Source of the DNA: Hungatella sp. UBA3048
GTDB lineage: Bacteria; Bacillota; Clostridia; Lachnospirales; Lachnospiraceae
Assembly: GCA_002367105.1 (NCBI GenBank)
Contig: DFCS01000044.1
Coordinates: forward strand, 124,253 to 188,252
DNA: 64,000 nt
Reading direction: 5' to 3'
Position 1 is the stretch's first letter. Each line of letters opens with the position of its first letter. The position numbers were made by a program, and so were the translations under genes. The notes under the pieces were generated by a model. It had not been told where the DNA came from and did not search any database. It saw nothing but the letters and a program-made list of their open reading frames with translations. This document shows, one piece after another, positions 45,270-55,378 of this stretch.

Positions 45270-45310
45270 GGGAGCAATTGGGGTTAAAACCTGCAATTGC
45301 TCCTTTTTTT
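45270..45310. terminator. Bidirectional terminator between convergent genes
   Basis: The stem GGAGCAATTG / CAATTGCTCC is followed by TTTTTTT. Confidence 0.7.
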
Positions 45311-46577
45311 AAGTTCTGTTTATGGGCTGGCGGGAAGAAAGGGGAAGGCTGACGGTAAAAATAGTTCCTGTTTCAAGACTGCTGGTCAGGTTAATCTTTC
45401 CCTTATGGTAGTCAACAATGGTCTTTGCAATGGAAAGGCCAAGTCCATAGCCTCCCTCCTTACGGACTCTTGATTCATCCGTCCGGTAAAACCGTTCAAA
45501 GACATGGATCTGCTCCTTTTCGGGAATAGGATCTCCCGTATTTTGAACGGTCAAGACGGCATAATGGGATGATTTCTTTAAGCTGACAGATACGGAGCCA
45601 TGTTTTCCTGCGTATTTGCAAGCGTTGTCCAGCAGGATGTTGATTACCTGCTTTAGCTGGACTTCAAAGCCTTCCAGGATAATGCCGGGATCAATTTTAT
45701 TTTCCAGGTTCACCTTATTTTCAAAGGCAACGGATTCAAAAAGCAGGACTCCGTTTAATACGATGTCACTGAAATCAAGAGGAGCCATTGCCGTCTGGGA
45801 GGCCTGGACGGCCCCAGTATCTGATCGGGCCAAAAAGAGCAGTTCTTCCACAAGCTGTTTCATGCGTTCAGCCTCTTCCTTTGTGTTGTTCAGCCATTTC
45901 TGCTGATCCATGATGGTGCATTCCTTATGGAGGGAAAGGATCTGTAAATTGGCCAGGATTACGGTAAGAGGTGTCTTTAGTTCATGGGAAGCATCGGCAA
46001 TGAACTGGCTTTGCATCCGCCATGCGGTTTCCACAGGCCTTAATGCCAGACGGGAAAGGAAAATACTCAGGATCAAAAAAAGAAAAACCGCCGCAAGAAA
46101 GACCAGCAGACAATTCATCAGAAGGGTTTTTAAATTATTCCGTTCATATCTTTGGTCTGCAAATGCTATTTTCGTACCCTCTATGGAGGTGATTTTAAGA
46201 TAACGAAGGGAATAATCCTTAAGTTCCCCCTGGGACGAGTCATTGGCTTTTGCAAGCTCCACAAGGGTGGAAGCCAGCTCCCTGGTAACCGTGAGATTGT
46301 TTTCCCTAATGTTTTCTATGGAGTTACGGTTGTTTAATTTAACCACGAAAACGGGGACAAGAGGCGGCAGATTCCTTTGAGGCCTGCGGGTGATTTCCAC
46401 CTTATCAGGCAAACGGTCCGGCAGGTTCCGGTCGGCAGCCTGGTAAAGAGCCATGACGGTCTGCCGTTCGATACGCTTATAATTGGCGTAGTAAAAGATG
46501 CCAAGAACTGCGGAAAGAATGCTTATCACAAAAATCATGTTAACCAAAACAAACCGTCTTCTTAATTTTTTAATCAT
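45309..46577 (-). CDS. Sensor histidine kinase (two TM segments, HAMP, HisKA, HATPase)
   Basis: The H-box is ADASHELKTPLT. The C-terminal region contains ...GGYGLGLSIAK... Confidence 0.85.
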   Translation of the reverse strand: MIKKLRRRFVLVNMIFVISILSAVLGIFYYANYKRIERQTVMALYQAADRNLPDRLPDKVEITRRPQRNLPPLVPVFVVKLNNRNSIENIRENNLTVTRELASTLVELAKANDSSQGELKDYSLRYLKITSIEGTKIAFADQRYERNNLKTLLMNCLLVFLAAVFLFLILSIFLSRLALRPVETAWRMQSQFIADASHELKTPLTVILANLQILSLHKECTIMDQQKWLNNTKEEAERMKQLVEELLFLARSDTGAVQASQTAMAPLDFSDIVLNGVLLFESVAFENKVNLENKIDPGIILEGFEVQLKQVINILLDNACKYAGKHGSVSVSLKKSSHYAVLTVQNTGDPIPEKEQIHVFERFYRTDESRVRKEGGYGLGLSIAKTIVDYHKGKINLTSSLETGTIFTVSLPLSSRQPINRT

Positions 46578-47248
46578 GTTGTTTCCTCCAAGCGGTATCC
46601 GACCTTGCGGAGGGTGCTGATTTCCACCCTTGAACCCACAAAATTCAGCTTTTTACGTAAAAAGGAAATATAAGCCTCAACATTGTTGTCCTCTGCATCA
46701 GAATCACTGCCCCATACCCTTGAGATGAGAGTTTCCTTTGAAACGATCCTGCCGGAATTGCTCATAAGAATCTTTAACACTTCAAATTCCTTATACCCAA
46801 GATGAATGGATTTGGTGCCGCAGCATAAATCATTGGCAGAGAGAGTAAGTGTCAAGTCCCCGAATTTCATTTCTTCTACGATCACTTCTCCCTGGCGGCG
46901 GGAAAGAGCCCGGATGCGGGCTAACAGCTCTTCCGGAATAAAGGGCTTTGTCATATAGTCATCAGCTCCCCGGTCAAGTCCGGTTACCTTATCCTGAATG
47001 TCATCCCGTGCGGTCAGCATGAGAACAGGAGTCTGGATGCGGGCCTCTCTAAGCTTTTTAACCACTTGAAAACCATTTTCCCCCGGCAGCATGACATCTA
47101 AAACAATGACGTCATATTCCCCGGAAAGACCGCAGGACAAACCGTCAGTTCCATTATACACAATATCAGCCTGGTAATGTTGTTCCTTCATAATCTGTCC
47201 CAAAGCATCGGCCAGTCTTACTTCGTCTTCTACAATCAATACCTTCAT
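46574..47248 (-). CDS. OmpR-family response regulator
   Basis: The receiver domain is MKVLIVEDE...VLDVMLPG... A winged-helix C-terminus follows (...VGYRLE). Confidence 0.9.
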   Translation of the reverse strand: MKVLIVEDEVRLADALGQIMKEQHYQADIVYNGTDGLSCGLSGEYDVIVLDVMLPGENGFQVVKKLREARIQTPVLMLTARDDIQDKVTGLDRGADDYMTKPFIPEELLARIRALSRRQGEVIVEEMKFGDLTLTLSANDLCCGTKSIHLGYKEFEVLKILMSNSGRIVSKETLISRVWGSDSDAEDNNVEAYISFLRKKLNFVGSRVEISTLRKVGYRLEETT

Positions 47249-47514
47249 GATTCGATTCTCCTATATTTATTATTATGAACCTGTTGACATCTATTATAAG
47301 CTGAGACTGCCGGTTAGGCAATCTTACATTTTATGCGGGCAATGAGACTTACGAATATGCTCGCATTTTCATTCGGCAAATACCGCGGCAATTTAGAAAT
47401 TTTTTCCTTAGTTGTGCTAATCATAATGGATTAAGCTTAAAATAAGCTGAAATAACATGGCCTGATTCTGCCAGAATATAAAGAATACAAGGAACTTTTC
47501 ACCAAAAACCCAAG

Positions 47515-47535
47515 TTTCAGCTTAATTTCAGCTTA
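47515..47535 (+). promoter_or_regulatory. Tandem 11-bp direct repeat, candidate OmpR-family operator
   Basis: TTTCAGCTTAA TTTCAGCTTA lies in the divergent region. A related tandem pair in inverted orientation lies at 47431-47454 (reverse complement TATTTCAGCTTATTTTAAGCTTAA). Confidence 0.45.
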
Positions 47536-47604
47536 CTGTCACAAAACAGACATAAGCGCCTGTTAAAATAAGCTTCAGATTTAAATGATGAGAGGAGAAA
47601 CCGG

Positions 47605-48693
47605 ATGAACGGACGTAAAATAGCGGCTTCCCTGGCTTTTGTAATGGCCGCGACGGCAGTCAGCCCTATGATAACAGAGGCATCGAGCAGTTTTGATTTA
47701 AGGAAAAAGGTAGTCGGAATTTCAGGAATCATGAACACCGGGAACTTAAATCTGTCGGTGACACGTGGAGAATTTGCCAGCATGCTGGTAAATGCCTCCT
47801 CCTATCGAAGCACGGCCGGCAAAACCAGCAACACTTCCGTATTTGCCGATGTGCCAAGAAACCATGAATATGCAGCCCAAATCCGGATTGCAGCGGAACA
47901 GGGGTGGATGAACGGATATCTGGGAGGAAATTTTAAACCGGACGATTCCATAACACTTCAGGAAGGGGTAAAGGGAGTTTTAGGACTTTTGGGTTATGCA
48001 AATTCTGATTTTACAGGTGACCAGACCGGTTCCAGGCTTTCCAAATATCATTTTCTGGAATTGGATGAAAATCTGAATAAAGATGCTTTGGAAGTCTTAA
48101 ATAAAGAAGATTGCATCAACCTGTTTTATAATCTGTTAAAAACAGATACGAAGTCCGGAACCATGTTTGGAAAAAGCTTAGGCTGCGAATTGACCAGTGA
48201 CGGGGAGATCGATCCGTTTTCCATGGTCGATAACAGCATCAAGGGACCGAAGATTGCAAAAAGCAGCAGCAGGCTCAAATCCATTCTGCCCTTTAAGCTT
48301 AGCGATGCCAATATTTATCTTGATGGAGAACCTGTTACTAATTCCAGTAATGCAATTGATGTTTCCCTGGAATGTGCAGACGGAGTTCTGGTATATTACC
48401 ATACCATCTCTAAAACCGTGTGGCTTTATACCATTGGAAACGAAAATGAAAACGGACGTTCTGCTGTATTTGGAGAAATCACCAACGTTGTCTATGATTC
48501 TGCGGATTTAATGACACCTGGAGCAATCATACTGGATGACGGCAACACCTACGAGCTTACCAGCACTGAAATGAAGTTTGCATTTTCTTCCTATGGGGAC
48601 CTTCGGGTAGGTGATACCGTGAATCTGGTCTATACTCTGTCTGTAGATCAGGAAGGAAATGAAACCCGGACTGTCATTGATTATATAGAATAG
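47605..48693 (+). CDS. Secreted protein with SLH-like (S-layer homology) repeats
   Basis: A signal peptide (...AATAVSPMITEA) is followed by SLH-like blocks: ...VTRGEFASMLVNA... and ...FADVPRNHEYAAQIRIAAEQGWMNGY... Confidence 0.6.
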   Translation: MNGRKIAASLAFVMAATAVSPMITEASSSFDLRKKVVGISGIMNTGNLNLSVTRGEFASMLVNASSYRSTAGKTSNTSVFADVPRNHEYAAQIRIAAEQGWMNGYLGGNFKPDDSITLQEGVKGVLGLLGYANSDFTGDQTGSRLSKYHFLELDENLNKDALEVLNKEDCINLFYNLLKTDTKSGTMFGKSLGCELTSDGEIDPFSMVDNSIKGPKIAKSSSRLKSILPFKLSDANIYLDGEPVTNSSNAIDVSLECADGVLVYYHTISKTVWLYTIGNENENGRSAVFGEITNVVYDSADLMTPGAIILDDGNTYELTSTEMKFAFSSYGDLRVGDTVNLVYTLSVDQEGNETRTVIDYIE

Positions 48694-48715
48694 AAGATTA
48701 ACAGGAGAAGCCGGA

Positions 48716-50515
48716 ATGAAAAAAGTCATTCAGAAATTATTTTCAAAAGAAAAAAGAAAAGGTGGGATAAAAGGAAAAAAGGTTTTGATCCTTCTTTTCA
48801 TAATCCTTGCGGTGCTGGCAGGAGTGGTGGCGGCGTCAAGCTTTAAAAAGTCAAAGGAAGCATCCGCCGAAGCAAAAAGCATAAGAACTGCAAAAGTTAC
48901 GAAGCAGGACATTGTTTCTGAGCTATCCTCCTCTGGAACCATTTCTCCTCAGAATACCTATGATATAACCTCTTTGGTGGAAGGAGAAGTCATTGCAGCA
49001 GATTTTGAAGAGGGAGACGAGGTAGAAAAGGGGCAGATCCTCTACCAGATCGATACGTCATCCATGGAATCGGAGATGACATCGGTGAATAATTCCCTGT
49101 CGAGAGCCCAGGAAAATTATCAGACTGCGCTGGATGATTATAATTCTGCTTTAGGTGATTACAGCGGAAATACCTATAAATCCACAGAGAGCGGGTACAT
49201 AAAATCGCTTTCCATTAAGGAAGGAGACAAAGTAGGAAACAATACGGAAATTGCCTCTATTTATGATGATAAAACCATGAAGATCAAGCTTCCGTTCCTT
49301 TCCGGGGAGGCAGCCCAGATCGCGGCCGGACAGGCGGCGGTTCTGACCCTTACAGATACGGGAGAGCAGATCCAGGGTTCAGTCACTTCTGTCAGCAATA
49401 TGGATGTAACCTTAACAGGAGGGCGTATCGTTCGTTATGTCACCATTGAAGTTACAAATCCAGGCGGTCTTACTACGGATACCCCGGCTACGGCAGCGAT
49501 AGGCAATTATGTGTGCAGTGCGGAAGCAACATTTGAGCCTAAGCTTGAATCGACCATGAAAGCGGACTTATCCTCCAACGTGGAGGTAGGAACCCTGCTG
49601 GTGCATGAAGGTGATTATGTGGCGAAGGGAACTCCTCTATTTACAATGGAAAGCAAGTCTGCGGATAAACTGCTTCGCACTTATAAAGATACGATGGAAA
49701 AGGCCCAGGAAACTCTGGAAGGAGCAAAAAGCAAACTGGAGAGCACCGAGAATACTTATGATAACTATACCATTACCGCGCCTATATCCGGAAAGGTCAT
49801 TACAAAAACCGTGAAGGCAGGAGATAAGATCACCAAAAGCTCCAGCGGAAGCACAACCCTGGCAGTCATATACGATATGTCCGGCTATACGTTCAAAATG
49901 TCTGTGGATGAATTGGATGTCAAGTCTGTGAAAGTAGGCCAGGAGGTGAATATTACTGCCGATGCCGTACCTGGTAAAACCTTTTCCGGTACAGTTACCA
50001 ATGTAAGCCTGGAAAGCTCTTCTTCCAACGGGGTTACCAATTATCCGGTTACTATCACCTTAAACGATGGTATGGATGAGCTTCTACCCGGCATGAACGT
50101 AGATGGAGTGATCATTCTGGATAAAGCGGCCGATGTCCTTGCCGTACCGGCCGATGCGCTTATGCGGGGAAATCAGGTCTATGTAAAGGATGATTCGGTG
50201 AAGGAGCCCCAGGGGAACATTCCGGCAGGCTTTCGGGCGGCAGAAGTTACCACAGGCCTGATCAATGATGATTATGTAGAAATTACCAGCGGATTGGAAG
50301 AGAATCAGGAGGTTTACGTTGCACAATCTACTGTAGGCACATCAATGAATGTTGTGTTGCCGGGCGGCATGGGCGGCATAAATGTAGGCCCAGGCGGCTC
50401 AGGCTCCGGTTCTGGCGTCAGGTACCGCAGTGAAGGCGGTGGCTCCGGCAGTGGATCTGGCAGTGGAAACCGCAGTGCAGGCAGCGGTTCCGGCAGCGGC
50501 GCCCGTCAGCAATAA
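48716..50515 (+). CDS. HlyD/MacA-family periplasmic adaptor with a Gly/Ser-rich C-terminal tail
   Basis: An N-terminal TM segment is followed by barrel-sandwich and coiled-coil regions (...GQILYQIDTS...), then the tail ...GGSGSGSGVRYRSEGGGSGSGSGSGNRSAGSGSGSG. Confidence 0.75.
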   Translation: MKKVIQKLFSKEKRKGGIKGKKVLILLFIILAVLAGVVAASSFKKSKEASAEAKSIRTAKVTKQDIVSELSSSGTISPQNTYDITSLVEGEVIAADFEEGDEVEKGQILYQIDTSSMESEMTSVNNSLSRAQENYQTALDDYNSALGDYSGNTYKSTESGYIKSLSIKEGDKVGNNTEIASIYDDKTMKIKLPFLSGEAAQIAAGQAAVLTLTDTGEQIQGSVTSVSNMDVTLTGGRIVRYVTIEVTNPGGLTTDTPATAAIGNYVCSAEATFEPKLESTMKADLSSNVEVGTLLVHEGDYVAKGTPLFTMESKSADKLLRTYKDTMEKAQETLEGAKSKLESTENTYDNYTITAPISGKVITKTVKAGDKITKSSSGSTTLAVIYDMSGYTFKMSVDELDVKSVKVGQEVNITADAVPGKTFSGTVTNVSLESSSSNGVTNYPVTITLNDGMDELLPGMNVDGVIILDKAADVLAVPADALMRGNQVYVKDDSVKEPQGNIPAGFRAAEVTTGLINDDYVEITSGLEENQEVYVAQSTVGTSMNVVLPGGMGGINVGPGGSGSGSGVRYRSEGGGSGSGSGSGNRSAGSGSGSGARQQ

Positions 50516-50538
50516 GGGCCGCAAGGAGGTTAAACAGC

Positions 50539-51246
50539 TTGAAAAATACCTTGATTGAATTAAAGGATATCTATAAAGTATACCAGATGGGAGAAGAGGA
50601 GGTCTGTGCAAACAACGGCGTGTCTTTGACCATTTGCCACGGGGAATTCGTGGCTATTGTAGGAAAGTCGGGAAGCGGAAAATCCACGCTTATGAATATT
50701 ATAGGCGCACTGGATGTCCCCACGTCAGGAGAATATCTTCTGGGCGGTGAGGATGTCGGCAGGATGTCGGATAACCAGCTGGCAGGGATACGGAATAAGA
50801 TGATTGGCTTTATCTTCCAGCAGTACAATCTGCTTCCCAGACTGAATCTTCTTGGAAATGTGGAACTGCCCCTGTTATATGCAGGGGTAGGAACCAATGA
50901 ACGGAACAAACGGGCCATGGCTTCTCTGGAACGGGTTGGCCTGGCGGAAAAGTGGAAAAATTTTCCCAACCAGCTTTCCGGAGGCCAGCAGCAGAGGGTT
51001 TCCATTGCAAGAGCGCTGGCAGGAGATCCCTCCCTGATTCTGGCCGATGAGCCTACGGGGGCTCTGGATTCAAAAACCAGCCGGGAAGTCCTTAATTTCT
51101 TAAAAAAGCTGAACGATGAAGGGAATACCATCGTGATGATCACCCATGACAGCGCCATTGCAAAGGAAGCCAGGAGGGTGATCCGGGTACACGATGGTAA
51201 GATTAATTTCGATGGAGACGTAAATGAATATTCTGCAATCCTTTAA
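50539..51246 (+). CDS. ABC transporter ATP-binding protein (MacB-type)
   Basis: TTG 50539 follows AAGGAGG. Motifs are [17 protein letters not shown] and [12 protein letters not shown]. Confidence 0.85.
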   Translation: MKNTLIELKDIYKVYQMGEEEVCANNGVSLTICHGEFVAIVGKSGSGKSTLMNIIGALDVPTSGEYLLGGEDVGRMSDNQLAGIRNKMIGFIFQQYNLLPRLNLLGNVELPLLYAGVGTNERNKRAMASLERVGLAEKWKNFPNQLSGGQQQRVSIARALAGDPSLILADEPTGALDSKTSREVLNFLKKLNDEGNTIVMITHDSAIAKEARRVIRVHDGKINFDGDVNEYSAIL

Positions 51247-52408
51247 AATGGCTTTAAAGAGCATCTGGGGCAATAAGATGCGATCCTTTCTCACCATGCT
51301 TGGAATCATTATCGGCGTGGCATCGGTCATCATTCTGGTGAGTCTTGTAAACGGACAAATGTCCTATATGACGGAACAGTTTACCAGTATGGGTACCAAC
51401 CAGATCAATGTAAACGTAACCAATCTTTCATCCAGGTCCGTAACCGTGGATCAGATGTATCAGTTTTATGAAGACAATAAAAATCTTTTTTCTCAGATGA
51501 CGCCAAAGGTTTCCTTGTCCTCTACCTTAAAAAACGGTACGGAATCCCTGACCAATACTACGGTATCCGGTGTCAGCGAGGAATATCTGGAAATGAAGGA
51601 TCAGACCCTGGATTCAGGGAGGTTCCTCCAATATTCCGATGTCCTGTCCAGACAAAAGGTTTGTGTTGCAGGTTATTATGTGGCATGGGAATTATATGGA
51701 GGAGCAGAAAAAGCCATTGGCCAGACCATAAAAATAAACGGTTATGCCTACCGGATTATTGGTGTGGTATCCAGACAGGATGAAGATGAGCTTAAGGCCG
51801 GCGGTTCAGACGACGTTTTGTACCTTCCCTACAGCAGTGCCGCCAAGTTAAACAACACTGCAGACATAAACAGCTATGTCTTTGCCACCGCCGACATGGA
51901 CCATTCTACAGACGCCAAAGAGGCCATCAACACCTTTCTTTACGGAATTTTCAAAGATGAGGACTTATACCGGATTAATGCTATGAGTGAGCTTTTGAAC
52001 TCCCTAAATTCCATGATGTCCATGATGTCCATGATGCTTGGCGGAATCGCCGGGATCTCCCTTTTAGTTGCCGGAGTTGGAGTTATGAATATCATGCTGG
52101 TGTCCGTAACGGAACGTACCAGAGAAATCGGAATCAGGAAGGCGCTGGGGGCAAAAAAACGCAACATCATGCAGCAGTTTGTAATAGAGGCCGCAGTTAC
52201 CAGCTCTCTTGGCGGGGTTGTGGGTATTCTGGTGGGCTCCGTGGCAACTACCATCATCGGATCTGCCATGGGAATGAATGCCACTCCGACGCCCGGTGCC
52301 GTCATGGTTTCCTTCAGCGTATCCGTAGGGATCGGCCTTTTGTTTGGCTATATGCCTGCCAGAAGAGCAGCTGATTTAAACCCAATTGATGCTTTGCGAA
52401 GCGAGTAA
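51224..52408 (+). CDS. ABC permease, FtsX/MacB type
   Basis: The MacB_PCD N-terminus is ...[25 protein letters not shown]. The FtsX C-terminus contains ...[14 protein letters not shown]... Confidence 0.85.
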   Translation: MNILQSFKMALKSIWGNKMRSFLTMLGIIIGVASVIILVSLVNGQMSYMTEQFTSMGTNQINVNVTNLSSRSVTVDQMYQFYEDNKNLFSQMTPKVSLSSTLKNGTESLTNTTVSGVSEEYLEMKDQTLDSGRFLQYSDVLSRQKVCVAGYYVAWELYGGAEKAIGQTIKINGYAYRIIGVVSRQDEDELKAGGSDDVLYLPYSSAAKLNNTADINSYVFATADMDHSTDAKEAINTFLYGIFKDEDLYRINAMSELLNSLNSMMSMMSMMLGGIAGISLLVAGVGVMNIMLVSVTERTREIGIRKALGAKKRNIMQQFVIEAAVTSSLGGVVGILVGSVATTIIGSAMGMNATPTPGAVMVSFSVSVGIGLLFGYMPARRAADLNPIDALRSE

Positions 52409-52467
52409 TAAATCGAACATTTTATTGCAAATATATCATATTGGTGATACTATTTGCATAGTTACCA

Positions 52468-52500
52468 AAGGAGTAGCTCATTTTTGGGCTGCTCCTTTTG
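52468..52500 (+). terminator. Probable terminator after the permease gene
   Basis: The stem AAGGAGTAGC / GCTGCTCCTT includes one G-U pair and is followed by TTTG. Confidence 0.5.
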
Positions 52501-52541
52501 CATAGAGTATATGCTTTGAATTATGAGAAAGGGAAGAATTT

Positions 52542-53534
52542 ATGAAAGTTGTTGATATGCATTGTGATACTATTTCAGAGCTTTTTTACCGGAAGGAAGA
52601 GGGAAAGGTCTTTTCCATCTTAAAAAACGACTGTCATATTGACTTGGAGCGGATGAAAAAAGGAGATTATTGTTTACAGAACTTTGCCTTGTATACGAAT
52701 CTCGCCAGGCAGGAGCATCCTTTTGAATATTGTATGAAACTTGTTGACCTCTTTTACACGGAGCTGGAACAATATGAGGATATCATTGGTATTGTAAAAG
52801 GCTACAGGGATATTGAAGAAAACCGGAAAAATGGGAAGATGTCTGCCATGCTTACCATAGAAGAAGGAGGCGTCTGCCAGGGAGAACTGGCATTCTTAAG
52901 AAATTTTTACCGTCTGGGAGTCCGGATGGCAACACTTACGTGGAACTATAAAAATGAGCTGGGGTACCCCAACCGGATCTGGGAGGAAAACGGAGATGCC
53001 TATTCCACGCCGGAGATGGAGCATGGACTTACGGAAAAGGGAATCGAATTTGTTCAGGAGATGGAGCGGCTGGGAATGGTCATCGATGTCTCTCATTTGT
53101 CAGATGCAGGGATAGAAGATACGTTCCGGTATACGGAAAAACCATTTGTGGCAAGCCATTCCAATGCAAGAACCATTGCCTCCAACCCAAGAAACTTAAC
53201 GGACGATATGATTAGAAGGCTTTCGGAGCGAGGCGGCGTGACCGGAATCAATTATTGCGCTGATTTTCTTCATGACTGGAAGAAGGGGGAAGGAGCCTTA
53301 AGCCGGGTGGAAGATATGGTTTTACATATGAAGCATATGAAAAAGGTGGGAGGCATCCAGTGTATTGGGCTTGGATCAGATTTTGACGGCATCGGGGGAA
53401 ATTTAGAAATGAAATCTCCGGAAGACTTACCCCTATTGGAAGTTTATATGAAAAAAGAGGGATTTTCGGAAAGCGAAATTGAGGCGGTTTTTTATGGAAA
53501 CGTCCTTCGTGTCTACAAAGAAATTTTACATTAA
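52542..53534 (+). CDS. Membrane dipeptidase family (peptidase M19)
   Basis: The family blocks are MKVVDMHCDT..., ...DVSHLSD..., ...ASHSNAR... and ...GLGSDFDG... Confidence 0.85.
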   Translation: MKVVDMHCDTISELFYRKEEGKVFSILKNDCHIDLERMKKGDYCLQNFALYTNLARQEHPFEYCMKLVDLFYTELEQYEDIIGIVKGYRDIEENRKNGKMSAMLTIEEGGVCQGELAFLRNFYRLGVRMATLTWNYKNELGYPNRIWEENGDAYSTPEMEHGLTEKGIEFVQEMERLGMVIDVSHLSDAGIEDTFRYTEKPFVASHSNARTIASNPRNLTDDMIRRLSERGGVTGINYCADFLHDWKKGEGALSRVEDMVLHMKHMKKVGGIQCIGLGSDFDGIGGNLEMKSPEDLPLLEVYMKKEGFSESEIEAVFYGNVLRVYKEILH

Positions 53535-53542
53535 GACAGGAA

Positions 53543-53603
53543 TTTACATAAATTTTACATTTATGTGCATGTTACTTTACATAGATTAGATATAGTATTT
53601 ACA
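53543..53603 (+). promoter_or_regulatory. Pho-box-like array (TTTACA hexamers phased at multiples of 11 bp)
   Basis: TTTACA occurs at 53543, 53554, 53576 and 53598, with spacings of 11, 22 and 22 bp. This matches the Gram-positive PhoP TT(A/T/C)ACA repeat pattern. The array lies upstream of a Na/Pi cotransporter and phoPR-like genes. Confidence 0.6.
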
Positions 53604-53635
53604 AATATGTATTATCATGAAAGACGGAGGATGCT

Positions 53636-55291
53636 ATGTCAATCGCAGATTTACAAATGCTATTTAAATTCATCGGGGGACTGGGAATGTTCCTTTATGG
53701 AATGGATGCTATGGCCGATGGGCTGCAAAAATCAGCAGGTCAAAAAATGCAGCAGCTTTTAGGAGTCCTTACCAGCAACCGGCTTATGGGTGTGCTGTTG
53801 GGAACTGGAATTACCGCCATCATTCAGAGCAGCTCGGCCACCACAGTCATGGTGGTAGGCTTTGTAAACGCTGGGATCATCAATCTGCAGCAGGCCGTTG
53901 GTATTATTATGGGTGCTAACATCGGAACAACCGTCACCAGCTGGATCGTATCCATGAGTGAATGGGGAGAGATGATGAAACCCGAGTTTTTTGCTCCGGC
54001 ACTGGTAGGAGTTGGCACTGTTTTAAGCCTTTTTACCGGAAGGGGGAAGAAAAAACAGGTTGGAGAAATTCTGGTAGGCTTCGGTGTGCTGTTTATAGGA
54101 CTTTCCTTCATGTCAGACTCCATTACGCCTTACCGGAACGCACCAATTTTCAGCCAGGCTTTTTCCGTTTTAGGAAAAAAACCTTTTCTTGGAATTCTGG
54201 CAGGCCTCGTTGTTACCGGTATCATTCAAAGCTCCTCGGCATCTGTAGGAATTTTGCAGACACTGGCTCTCAACGGTATCGTAAACTGGCAGTCAGCGAT
54301 ATTTATCACTTTGGGACAAAATATCGGTACCTGTGTTACCGCCCTGCTATCCAGCGTTGGAGCTAATAAAACCGCAAAGCGTGCCGCTGTCATTCATCTT
54401 CTTATTAATATGGTGGGTGCTGTCATTTTCGGAAGCGTCATGTTTGTCGTGTTTAAACGGAATCCGGTTTTCGCAGCATCACGGATCAGCAGTGTGGGAA
54501 TATCCATCTTCCATACGATATTTAATGTGAGCAATACCATTATTTTATTCCCATTTGCCGGGCTTTTGGTAAAGGCTTCCGGTTTGCTTGTACGGGAAGA
54601 TCAGAATGAATCAACTGTAGATTCTGATACCCAGATGAACCGTCGTCTGGATGAAAGAATTTTAGAAACCCCTTCCTTTGCCATCGAGAATGTGAACCAT
54701 GAAGTTGTGAGTATGGGATATGCTGCCATGGAAAACTTAGATCTTGCGGCGGTGGCTCTTCTTGGCAACAACAAGGCAGAGGCAAAGCTGGTGGAAAAAA
54801 TGGAACAGAAAATCAATGATTATGAAAAGATACTCACAGATTATTTAATAAAACTTAATAACCAGTCCTTAAACGAGGAGCAGCATCTTCTGGTTAAAAA
54901 CTTATTTTATACGATCAGCGACTTTGAGCGGGTCAGCGATCACTGTGAGAACCTATCCGAGCTGGCAATAGAAAAAGCCAACCGGAACATAATTTTTTCA
55001 AATGGTGCAGAAAATGAAATCAAGGAAATGCTTAAGGAGGTTCGTTCCTCTCTGGAGCATGCCATAAAAGCCAGGGAGACTGGAGAAATGTCAGAGGTCC
55101 GCGCAGTGATCCGAAGCGAAGAACGTGTGGACAGCTTGGAAGAGGAATTAAGGGAACGTCATATCGAACGTTTATCCGCTCAGACATGCAAACCGGAAAA
55201 TGGAATTATCTATTTGGATGCACTGAGCAATCTGGAACGTATTTCAGACCATGCCCATAATATCGCCGGTTACGTGAGGGATGAAATGTAA
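53636..55291 (+). CDS. Na/Pi cotransporter family protein with C-terminal PhoU-like repeats
   Basis: The block ...GGLGMFLYGMDAMADGLQ...IQSSSATTVMVVGFVNAG... occurs twice as a repeat. The C-terminus contains ...ERVSDHCENL... and ...ERISDHAHNI... Confidence 0.85.
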   Translation: MSIADLQMLFKFIGGLGMFLYGMDAMADGLQKSAGQKMQQLLGVLTSNRLMGVLLGTGITAIIQSSSATTVMVVGFVNAGIINLQQAVGIIMGANIGTTVTSWIVSMSEWGEMMKPEFFAPALVGVGTVLSLFTGRGKKKQVGEILVGFGVLFIGLSFMSDSITPYRNAPIFSQAFSVLGKKPFLGILAGLVVTGIIQSSSASVGILQTLALNGIVNWQSAIFITLGQNIGTCVTALLSSVGANKTAKRAAVIHLLINMVGAVIFGSVMFVVFKRNPVFAASRISSVGISIFHTIFNVSNTIILFPFAGLLVKASGLLVREDQNESTVDSDTQMNRRLDERILETPSFAIENVNHEVVSMGYAAMENLDLAAVALLGNNKAEAKLVEKMEQKINDYEKILTDYLIKLNNQSLNEEQHLLVKNLFYTISDFERVSDHCENLSELAIEKANRNIIFSNGAENEIKEMLKEVRSSLEHAIKARETGEMSEVRAVIRSEERVDSLEEELRERHIERLSAQTCKPENGIIYLDALSNLERISDHAHNIAGYVRDEM

Positions 55292-55378
55292 CGGAAAGCG
55301 TGGGCGGTAAATAAGAACGCCCTGCGGGCATACCTCTATGCCCAAAAAGCTTGGGCAGGAAAAAGGAAAGGAGAATGT

